Positions 57,347-64,000 of a stretch of 64,000 nt of DNA are shown here, piece by piece. The stretch lies in assembly GCA_964456845.1 (NCBI GenBank), contig CAYWCV010000006.1, forward strand, positions 4,093 to 68,092, in the 5' to 3' direction. The notes under the pieces are model-generated. The model ran no database searches. It worked only from the letters and a program-made list of their open reading frames with translations, and had not been told where the DNA came from. Every line of letters begins with the position of its first letter. Position 1 is the first letter of the stretch. Position numbers and translations under genes: made by a program. This stretch comes from an uncultured Chitinophagales bacterium. GTDB taxonomy: Bacteria > Bacteroidota > Rhodothermia > Balneolales > CAYWCV01.

Positions 57347-58473
57347 CACATGCCCTGGGCCGCTCGGTTTTCTTGAACAGGAGCAAAGCGCATCCTGGGG
57401 GTGACCCTCAGATCGTGGCTTGCCGTGAAGTGGCGATCGACGGCGATTGTGTCGCCGGGTGTGATCGTGTCGATGTCGAGTACCGCCCATTGCGCATTCA
57501 TGGCCACGGGTTGCACATAAATCCATTCAACCCTGTTGCCTTTGAGCTTGAACACCACCTTGCGCTGGTCACGATCGAGAACGGCCGATCTGGGCACACG
57601 CACCGTACCTTTGACGGAGTCGACTCGGATCCGGGCATTCACGGTCATCCCCCGTTTCAACAGGCCGGTTGCATTATTGCATCGTGCGGTAACTTGTCCT
57701 GTCTTCGTTTTGTCGTCCACCACAGGGCTCACTGCCTCAACAGCACAATTGATGCGGCTGCCTCCTGGAACATCCACCTCAACGGGCATACCCCTACGGA
57801 TGCTGTTAATCTCTACAGAGAGCACCTCGAGGCGCACCGACACGATGCTTTGGTCGAGCAGAAGGCCATACGATGCACCCGCACCCACAAACATGCCCTC
57901 GGTCAAGATCTCCTGTGTGTGAATCACACCGTCGAAGGGAGCCCTCAGCTCGGAGTACTCCATGTTCAGACGGGATCGCTCGAGAGCCAATTCGGCAGCT
58001 GTGACTCCGTATTGATTCCTAAGGAGCCGATCCTGGCTTTCGCTGATGGCGGCTCCCGACGACTGACGGCTGCGTCTTTCGATCTCATAGGCCTGCAACG
58101 CTTTGTCGACATTGACCTGCGCTTCAGTAACACTCAACTCAAATTCACCTTCGTCGAGCTTCATGATGACGTCCCCTTTTTTGACCACGGCACCGTCGCG
58201 GACACGGTGGTCAACCAAATATCCAGCTACACGCATCTGAATCGACAGCTCATGCAGCGGTTTCACCACCCCCTGTGTTTCGACGGCAAAATCGACCGAT
58301 CGGTCGTCGGCAATGTCGAAGATCATCTCCGGCATGACTTCAGGTACGATATTCTCGTTTGGTGCGCTTGTTGAGTCAGATTCGGTACCACAGGCTGCCA
58401 GCAGCGCAAAAGTGATGCCAAAAATGGTGCTGCGCAGCATGGCGGTTGGTACCTTATGGTGCACGTCAATCAT
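57346..58473 (-). CDS. RND efflux periplasmic adaptor (MFP/HlyD family) lipoprotein
   Basis: The lipoprotein signal FGITFALLAACG and barrel-sandwich/coiled-coil features are present. ATG 58471-58473 overlaps the upstream stop (ATGATTGA). An alternative start exists at 58437. Confidence 0.85.
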   Translation of the reverse strand: MIDVHHKVPTAMLRSTIFGITFALLAACGTESDSTSAPNENIVPEVMPEMIFDIADDRSVDFAVETQGVVKPLHELSIQMRVAGYLVDHRVRDGAVVKKGDVIMKLDEGEFELSVTEAQVNVDKALQAYEIERRSRQSSGAAISESQDRLLRNQYGVTAAELALERSRLNMEYSELRAPFDGVIHTQEILTEGMFVGAGASYGLLLDQSIVSVRLEVLSVEINSIRRGMPVEVDVPGGSRINCAVEAVSPVVDDKTKTGQVTARCNNATGLLKRGMTVNARIRVDSVKGTVRVPRSAVLDRDQRKVVFKLKGNRVEWIYVQPVAMNAQWAVLDIDTITPGDTIAVDRHFTASHDLRVTPRMRFAPVQENRAAQGM

Positions 58474-61400
58474 GGCTGTGTATTGTCTGTGTGATGGGTT
58501 CGCTGAGATGTCGTCTGTTTACCAGCCTGAACAGCTGGGGGATCACAAATAATGTAAGGATGGTGCTGCTGATCATGCCTCCCGCCAATGCTAGGCCCAA
58601 CGCTTGGCGCAGCTCGTAACCCTCGCCGATCGGAAGCAACATCGGCACCAAGCCGAGCACGGTGGTAAGCGTCGTCATGAGCACCGGTCGAAATCGGTGC
58701 TTGCCTGCCTCGATGATGGCGTGGTGCACATCGCCGTACTCCTCAAAATACCTCTTCATGAAATCGACCTTGAGGATGGCGTCGTTCACAGCTATACCCG
58801 TCAACACCAGGATACCGAGAAAGGACAAGGTATTGAGCCCGCCACCGCCCAAAAACAGGAGCATGAGCGCCCCAATCCAAGCGAACGGCACCGAAAGGAT
58901 GATCAAGAATGGGTAGACCAGGTTTTCGTACTGGATGGCAAGGATGATGTAGATCAGCAGCACGCTCAGACCAAGAAGGCGGCCCATGCGCGAAAGCAAG
59001 TCGGAAACCTGAATGGCGGATCCTCCGATCTGTATAGGCACCCCTTGCGATCTGCTGAACTCCAATATGCGTTCTCTGTAGTCAAGACCATGCCACCACC
59101 AGTCGTTTAGTGCAATGTTTGTCTTATATCCTAGAACGGGTGTCTGTCCGACGCGTTCGAGTTGCTCCGATTCTCTTACCGATACGACGTTGGCGACCTG
59201 CGAAAGAAGTATAGACCTGGTTTGGTCGGTATAGCGCAAGCTGCCGGGGTCAAACACATTCTCCATTGTGCTGAACATCCGTATGCCGATGGTCTCTTCC
59301 TCGCGATTCCACTCCGTGAGAAGGTTGCCTCGTGCCATCGACTCCATCCACGCAATCAGCTCCTGTTCGCTGAGATTGTATTCGATTAAGCGCTCTGGTA
59401 TAAATCGGAGTTCGTAGAGCTCGACACTGCGGTCCGTTATAAGCTCGTGTTCATAATTCGGGAAGGCCTCCTTCAGATACGCAGAAAGCGCATCGGCATG
59501 GCGTCTGGACTCCACCCTGTCGCGACCCACAATATGAAGCGTAATGGGCGCCACAAGGTCTTGCTGTAGTGTGCCGAAAAAGTTTTCGGTGTCCAACTTC
59601 TCGACGGTCCAGTCGGGGTACCGACGCTCGATCGTGTCCATCATGCCCGCCACAGCGTTGGCCTGGTTCGTGCCACTTACCGCCGTGGTTAATGTGAACC
59701 GGTTGGGGGCCTCTTCGACCAGGGTCGATAGGTTCGACTGATCCGAATATCCACCCATGATGAGCGTGTTTCCCAAGCTCGTCAGAGTTGTCATCAACGA
59801 CTGCACGCCTGTGGCGGCCGATTTGGCCGTTGCAAGCGAGCTGTTCGATGGCAGGCTGACACGGTATCGAACCTGCGAAGGTTCCGTAAGCGGCAACATC
59901 GACTTCGGCAGCACAAGAAAAAGTACAATTCCTACAGCCAACCCGACCACCACGAACGACGACACTAGAACCGGCCGTGGCAATGTCCAGGCCAGTAAAC
60001 GCTCATATCGCCGTTGAAGCATCAACATGCCTGCAGGTGCCAATCCCTTTGCCACTGGCACATAGCGATCGGTGTGACCTCGCTGCACAATGGTCACAAG
60101 TACGGGTAACACGGTAAGTGCAACCAATAGGGACGCCAACAGACTGATCGATAGCGTCATGGCCTGGTCGCGAAACAATACTCCCTCAAAACCGCCCAAA
60201 AAGATCAGCGGCAAAAACACCGAAACCGTGGTGAATGTGGATGCGGTAATCGCCAGGGCAATTTCTCGAGTCCCTTTGCGGGCGGCATCCATGATCGGCT
60301 CACCTTGGTTTCGGTACCTGTTAATGTTCTCGAGCACGACGATGGCATTGTCAACCAACAATCCGATTCCCAGTGTGAGACCACTCAACGAGATGATGTT
60401 GAGCTGTATCCCAAGCAGGTACATCACAAAGAACGTCATGAAAATGCTGACAGGAATCGCGATGCCAATCGTAAACGGAATACGAATGTCGTTGAGGAAC
60501 AAAAAAAGCACGATGAAGGCCAGCACACCGCCGATGAGCAAGGTCTGAAGCAAATTTCGGATGATGGCCTCGATCGCAGTGGCATTTTCGCGTATTACCG
60601 TCACCTCAATGCCCGGATTCTGAGACTTGAGTTCATCCAATACAGGAAGCAAATCTTTGTAAACCTGAACCTGGTTGGATCCGTAATCTTTTTTTACAAG
60701 CACGGTAAGCACATGCATGCCGTCGACCATCGAGAACGAAGTCGGATCACGTTCCGACATCTCGACGTCGGCCACATCTTCAAGTCGGAGGATCCTCGTG
60801 TCGTTCAATGTGACAAGCGGTATGCGCTTGAGCTCATCCAATCCCGATATACGGCTTTCGATCTTGAGCGAATATCGGTACCAACCGTCGCTGAGTTCGC
60901 CCGACTGCGAGAATTGGTTGGCATCAGAAACTCTGAAGCGGATATCGCTGGGACGGAGACCGTACCGGGACGCATCCTGTTCGCGTATGCGGATGCGCAC
61001 CTCGGGCTCCACGGCACCGACCATGATGGCCTGGGCTATGCCGTCGACCTGTTCGAGTCGGCGGCTGAGCACCTGGTCGGTCCATCGCTTGATGTCAAGA
61101 CGGGTCGAAAGGTCTGGATCCGCCTGCCCCACGGGTGTTACCGTCAGCACGGCCACTGGCTCATCGCCGGGATCAGTGTGCACAAGAACGGGCCTTTTGG
61201 CCGCCTCTGGCAACGTGTACCGCACCAAGTCCAGTTTCTCCCTCACATTGAGGAAGGCCATGTTCATGTTCTGACCCCATTCAAACTCAAGCACAATCAG
61301 GCTGATGCCCTGCTTCGATACGGTCCTGGTTCCCCTCAAGTTTGGCACCGTGCTCAGAATTGCCTCGAGCGGCTCGGTGATCCTCAGCTCCACGTCGCGG

Positions 61401-61552
61401 GCGCTCGAGCCCTCCCATTCGGTGCGCACGAGGAGCGTGGGAATGTCCACGCTGGGAAGCAAATCTATAGACAAAGATCTCAAGGCGATTAGCCCAAAGA
61501 TCATGACGGCCAAAATCAGGATGACGGCAGTGATTGGTCGGTTAAGTAGCAC
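58466..61552 (-). CDS. RND efflux transporter permease (first permease of the operon)
   Basis: The start is GTG. The N-terminus is NRPITAVILILAVMIFGLIAL and the TM4 motif is GIGLLVDNAIVVLEN. The length is 1028 aa. Confidence 0.9.
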   Translation of the reverse strand: MLLNRPITAVILILAVMIFGLIALRSLSIDLLPSVDIPTLLVRTEWEGSSARDVELRITEPLEAILSTVPNLRGTRTVSKQGISLIVLEFEWGQNMNMAFLNVREKLDLVRYTLPEAAKRPVLVHTDPGDEPVAVLTVTPVGQADPDLSTRLDIKRWTDQVLSRRLEQVDGIAQAIMVGAVEPEVRIRIREQDASRYGLRPSDIRFRVSDANQFSQSGELSDGWYRYSLKIESRISGLDELKRIPLVTLNDTRILRLEDVADVEMSERDPTSFSMVDGMHVLTVLVKKDYGSNQVQVYKDLLPVLDELKSQNPGIEVTVIRENATAIEAIIRNLLQTLLIGGVLAFIVLFLFLNDIRIPFTIGIAIPVSIFMTFFVMYLLGIQLNIISLSGLTLGIGLLVDNAIVVLENINRYRNQGEPIMDAARKGTREIALAITASTFTTVSVFLPLIFLGGFEGVLFRDQAMTLSISLLASLLVALTVLPVLVTIVQRGHTDRYVPVAKGLAPAGMLMLQRRYERLLAWTLPRPVLVSSFVVVGLAVGIVLFLVLPKSMLPLTEPSQVRYRVSLPSNSSLATAKSAATGVQSLMTTLTSLGNTLIMGGYSDQSNLSTLVEEAPNRFTLTTAVSGTNQANAVAGMMDTIERRYPDWTVEKLDTENFFGTLQQDLVAPITLHIVGRDRVESRRHADALSAYLKEAFPNYEHELITDRSVELYELRFIPERLIEYNLSEQELIAWMESMARGNLLTEWNREEETIGIRMFSTMENVFDPGSLRYTDQTRSILLSQVANVVSVRESEQLERVGQTPVLGYKTNIALNDWWWHGLDYRERILEFSRSQGVPIQIGGSAIQVSDLLSRMGRLLGLSVLLIYIILAIQYENLVYPFLIILSVPFAWIGALMLLFLGGGGLNTLSFLGILVLTGIAVNDAILKVDFMKRYFEEYGDVHHAIIEAGKHRFRPVLMTTLTTVLGLVPMLLPIGEGYELRQALGLALAGGMISSTILTLFVIPQLFRLVNRRHLSEPITQTIHSHD

Positions 61553-61829
61553 CGCTTCAAAGTGTTATGGCGAGGAGAGTGGGGATCCCCTAATGGTGTG
61601 AATGAGAGAGTCACTAAACCTGAGATGGACAACACGAATATTGTCATTATTCCTTAACTATACAAATAGGATCTTTATGCTGCCTTCGTTTTACTCTGAT
61701 TATTTCAAAAGTGTGGCTTATTGTCAAAAAATGTGCGAATATATGGCTGATTCCCTGAGAATAGCGGCAGAGCAGATTAAATCCACACATCAACCGCTAT
61801 TCGATCGTCGTGGTCCGACTCCAGTTTGT

Positions 61830-62465
61830 ATGAACGCATTGCCAGAACTAAAGCCAAATACCCCGGGCAAGGTTTCACTTGCCCTTTTTGATTTTGACGG
61901 CACCTTAACCTATGGCGACTCATTCATGGCCATGCTGCGCTTTGAGCTTGGCGATGCAAAAGTCGTGATGGGTGTGTTGCGCTGGCTTCCGTGGCTTCTA
62001 GGTTACTTGGTCGGATTTGTGTCGCGCACAACCATCAAGACGCGCGTGCTGAACTGGTCGTTTGGCGGAATGACCCGAACCGAAATCCTGGACATGTGCG
62101 AACGGTTCACCGAGCAGAAGATCGACTCGCTGTTCAGAAGCGATGCCCTCAAGAGGTTGCATGAACATATCTCCCGGGGCGACAAAGTTTATGTCGTCAC
62201 GGCCTCGCCCGAAGAATGGGTGAAGCCTTGGTGCGACAAGATGGGGATCGAGTGCATCGGCACACGTCTGGCATACGATCTGCGCGACAAATTCGCCGGC
62301 CACCTTGTGGGAGCCAACTGCCATGGAGTCGAGAAAGTGCGCCGCATCCGTCAGGTCATCCCACTCGACGAGTACCCTGTGCGTTATGCGTACGGCGACA
62401 GCCGCGGCGACCTCCCGATGCTCGGACTGGCGCAGTACAGAGGGTATCGGGTGTTTAAGTCATGA
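61830..62465 (+). CDS. HAD-IB family hydrolase (phosphoserine-phosphatase-like)
   Basis: Motifs LALFDFDGTLTYGDS, VVTASPEEW and YGDSRGDLPML are present. The start is uncertain: ATG 61830 is preferred and ATG 61743 is possible. Confidence 0.75.
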   Translation: MNALPELKPNTPGKVSLALFDFDGTLTYGDSFMAMLRFELGDAKVVMGVLRWLPWLLGYLVGFVSRTTIKTRVLNWSFGGMTRTEILDMCERFTEQKIDSLFRSDALKRLHEHISRGDKVYVVTASPEEWVKPWCDKMGIECIGTRLAYDLRDKFAGHLVGANCHGVEKVRRIRQVIPLDEYPVRYAYGDSRGDLPMLGLAQYRGYRVFKS

Positions 62466-62467
62466 AC

Positions 62468-62610
62468 AATCATTAGCAAGCATTAGCAATGACTAGCAAT
62501 CATTAGCAGTGACTAGCAGTGACTAGCAGTTACCATCGGTGGTCATCGCTGGCATTTGGTAATAACTGTTAGTTATTGTTAGTCATTGCTAATGATTGCT
62601 AATGATTGCC
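62468..62610. repeat. Roughly 145-nt imperfect palindrome built from 10-nt tandem repeats (ARTSAYTAGC x6 and inverted GYTARTSATT x5)
   Basis: The left arm (62468-62534) reads aatcattagc aagcattagc aatgactagc aatcattagc agtgactagc agtgactagc agttacc. The right arm (62558-62610) reads ggtaataact gttagttatt gttagtcatt gctaatgatt gctaatgatt gcc, which is the reverse complement of the left arm with a few mismatches. Confidence 0.9.
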
Positions 62611-62669
62611 TATTTTTATCGTCATATATCCATCGGCCGCGAAAGATCGGCCGCAATCATTCTCTACAT

Positions 62670-63551
62670 ATGCTAATTTCAATGACAGGGTTTGGCCAGG
62701 GCGAAAGTTCGTCCAACGGCTACACGGTGAGCGCAGAAATCCGATCCGTCAACAACCGGTTCCTCGACTTGAGCCTCAAGATGGCCCCGGGCCTTCGCCA
62801 TCTCGAGAATCCTCTGCGCGATTTGATACAGCGCAACGTGGACCGCGGCAAACTGACGGCGCAGATCAACCTCGTGCGTCACACCAACGACACAGAACCC
62901 CCAAAGGTGGACGCCGAAGCCGCAAAGGCGCGCATTGCCCAACTCCGCCAGCTTCAAGAGCTTGCCGGTATTGACGAACCCATCCGAATGGAGCATCTGC
63001 TCGGCTTCCAGGAACTTTTCATGACCAGCGAGGACGACTCCGAGACCCTCGCAGTGCTCCAGGATCTCAGCAGCAAGGCTGTGGCGCTCGCACTGAAGCA
63101 GCTCAACAGCATGCGCCTTCAGGAGGGCAACTTCCTCACCCAAGACATCAGCAAAAGGATCGACCAGCTTGAATCACTTTTGGCTGGCATTCAAACCTCG
63201 GCTGATAGCAGAGTTCCGGAAGCCCGCGAAAAGATGCACGAGCGCATCAAGAACCTGCTTGGCGACGAGAATTTCGACAAGTCCCGCCTCGAACTCGAAA
63301 TCGCAATCCTTGCCGACCGCCTCGATATTTCGGAGGAGATTGTGCGCATGGAAGGCCACATCCGGTTTTTCCGCGAGGCGCTCGCCGCGCCGCAGTCGAT
63401 GGGCCGCCGCCTGAATTTCCTATCCCAGGAGATGAACCGTGAGGTGAACACCATCGGCTCAAAATGCAACCATGCCGGAATCGCCCACAGTGTAGTCGAA
63501 CTCAAGGAAATCCTTGAGCAGATCCGCGAGCAAATCCAGAACATCGAATGA
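62670..63551 (+). CDS. yicC: YicC-family stress-induced protein (endoribonuclease YicC)
   Basis: The start MLISMTGFG lies at ATG 62670. Motifs SVNNRFLD and LSQEMNREVNTIGSK are present. The length is 293 aa. Confidence 0.88.
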   Translation: MLISMTGFGQGESSSNGYTVSAEIRSVNNRFLDLSLKMAPGLRHLENPLRDLIQRNVDRGKLTAQINLVRHTNDTEPPKVDAEAAKARIAQLRQLQELAGIDEPIRMEHLLGFQELFMTSEDDSETLAVLQDLSSKAVALALKQLNSMRLQEGNFLTQDISKRIDQLESLLAGIQTSADSRVPEAREKMHERIKNLLGDENFDKSRLELEIAILADRLDISEEIVRMEGHIRFFREALAAPQSMGRRLNFLSQEMNREVNTIGSKCNHAGIAHSVVELKEILEQIREQIQNIE

Positions 63552-64000
63552 TGGATTCGAACATCGAAGGCAAACTTGTCGTGGTCGTGGCGCCGAGCGG
63601 GTCGGGCAAAACCACGATGGCCAAGCGTTTGCTTCAGGACTTCCCGAATCTTCAGTTTTCGGTGTCGGCCACAACCCGGCCACCCCGCGAAGGGGAGCAG
63701 GACGGCCGCGAGTACTTTTTTCTGACAGACGAAGCATTCGACGAACGGGTTGGCAACGGAGACTTTCTGGAGTGGGAAACATTCTATAATGGACGCCGAT
63801 ATGGCACGCTAAAGCCGGAAGTTGATCGTTTGCTGAAAAAAGGGTATTTTATTCTTCTTGACCTTGAAGTAAACGGAGCCATGAATGTGAAACACATTTA
63901 CGGCGAACGCTGTCTCTCGGTCTTCATTTGTCCGCCGTCGGTTGAAGTTTTGAAGGAGCGCCTGGGCCAGCGGGGAACCGAAAGCCCTGAAAGCCTTGCC
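63551..64000 (+). CDS. gmk: Guanylate kinase, 3' end cut by window edge
   Basis: This ORF is not in the supplied track because it runs off the window. My hand translation gives MDSNIEGKLVVVVAPSGSGKTTMAKRL...SVSATTRPPREGEQDGREYFF with no stop through 64000. The ATG overlaps the yicC TGA (TGATG). Confidence 0.88.
   Translation, partial: MDSNIEGKLVVVVAPSGSGKTTMAKRLLQDFPNLQFSVSATTRPPREGEQDGREYFFLTDEAFDERVGNGDFLEWETFYNGRRYGTLKPEVDRLLKKGYFILLDLEVNGAMNVKHIYGERCLSVFICPPSVEVLKERLGQRGTESPESLA

Noticed and set aside
57347-57526. A 60-codon N-terminal extension of the second RND permease ORF (MDLCATRGHECAMGG...).
   Set aside because: It lies entirely inside the adaptor gene in another frame and is His/Arg-rich. 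The RND N-terminus with TM1 begins at the ATG that overlaps the adaptor's stop.
504-61492. Long antisense or shadow ORFs opposite real genes, for example 504-1229(-), 1296-1964(-), 7041-7850(+), 11824-12498(+), 37369-37968(-), 47435-48022(+), 57328-58374(+) and 60305-61492(+).
   Set aside because: Each is fully nested opposite a gene with strong family motifs. Each has an Arg/His/Gly/Val-rich composition typical of the antisense frame of GC-rich coding DNA. None has a recognisable motif.
61602-61829. The upstream 76 codons of the HAD hydrolase ORF (MRESLNLRWTTRILSLFLNY...).
   Set aside because: The region is AT-rich, has no HAD similarity and probably contains the promoter. The DxD motif LALFDFDGT sits 16 residues after ATG 61830, as is usual for HAD-IB proteins. 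ATG 61743 remains a possible alternative.
2391-62610. The possibility that the tandem repeat blocks are small CRISPR arrays.
   Set aside because: The units are contiguous 6-10-mers with no unique spacers between them. Repeat length is far below the 24-48 nt of CRISPR repeats. No cas genes are present in the window.
62586-62669. The upstream part of the listed yicC ORF, starting at TTG 62586 inside the palindrome's right arm.
   Set aside because: YicC proteins begin with M-x-x-S-M-T-G-F-G. ATG 62670 gives exactly MLISMTGFG and a 293-aa product. The extension merely reads through the repeat.
63553-63562. GGATTCGAAC, the reverse complement of the tRNA T-loop consensus GTTCGAATCC, which could suggest a minus-strand tRNA.
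   Set aside because: The flanking bases do not form a T-stem (gatgg versus catcg are not complementary), and no acceptor or anticodon arms can be drawn. The sequence encodes the gmk N-terminus MDSNIE.
1-64000. A search for mobile-element or defence hallmarks: integrase, transposase, toxin-antitoxin pairs, restriction-modification, retron or DGR reverse transcriptase, and flanking tRNA.
   Set aside because: None of the ORFs of 60 aa or longer shows the corresponding motifs: no DDE or tyrosine-recombinase R-H-R-Y pattern, no RT YxDD, no methyltransferase DPPY or FxGxG blocks. The window reads as core chromosome.

Overview
This 64-kb window is a densely coded chromosomal segment with about 50 protein genes on both strands and mostly housekeeping content. 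The gene set suggests a Bacteroidota-like (FCB-group) aerobe: a BatA-N-domain protein, DUF4199, DUF2085 and CPBP membrane proteins, a three-gene sdhCAB with a b558-type cytochrome, and few Shine-Dalgarno sequences. That taxonomic guess is inference only.

Genes I recognise:
- Core metabolism and maintenance: aroA, hflX, cdsA, accA, tgt, recQ, sdhCAB, yigZ, a PduO-type corrinoid adenosyltransferase, glmM, yicC and gmk (3' partial).
- Transport: a ktrB-ktrA potassium uptake pair, and an RND permease / adaptor / RND permease efflux operon.
- Sulfur handling: an ArsR(BigR/SqrR-like)-TauE-persulfide dioxygenase/rhodanese-YeeE/YedE operon.
- Envelope: two glycosyl/phosphoglycosyl-transferase loci.
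- Signalling and others: two paralogous orphan multi-PAS histidine kinases, a rhomboid protease, a TspO-like protein, and a 5'-truncated metzincin-type metalloprotease.

I found no rRNA, tRNA, CRISPR array, transposase, integrase or phage gene, and I cannot point to a convincing novel multi-gene system such as a defence island.

The feature that annotation does not explain is non-coding. Five intergenic sites carry short-period (6-10 nt) tandem repeats, four of them built on a TAGT/ACTA/CTAG core, usually placed right at a stop codon. At three of the sites the repeat block pairs with an inverted copy.
- One pair (18232-18313 and 18509-18564) brackets a divergent promoter. Its downstream arm is a stop-codon-free version that encodes the HSHSH-Leu9 core of a lipoprotein signal peptide.
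- Another site (62468-62610) is a roughly 145-nt palindrome made of 10-mers.

Secondary oddities:
- KtrB has an extra N-terminal membrane domain of about 235 aa, and an output-less sensor-HAMP protein is translationally coupled to ktrA.
- Tgt lacks two of its four canonical zinc ligands.
- A GT2 glycosyltransferase is fused to a phosphoglycosyl-transferase module whose catalytic Asp-Glu is replaced.
- The RND-MFP-RND operon has no outer-membrane factor gene.

All family calls come from motif recognition by eye. No database search was run.
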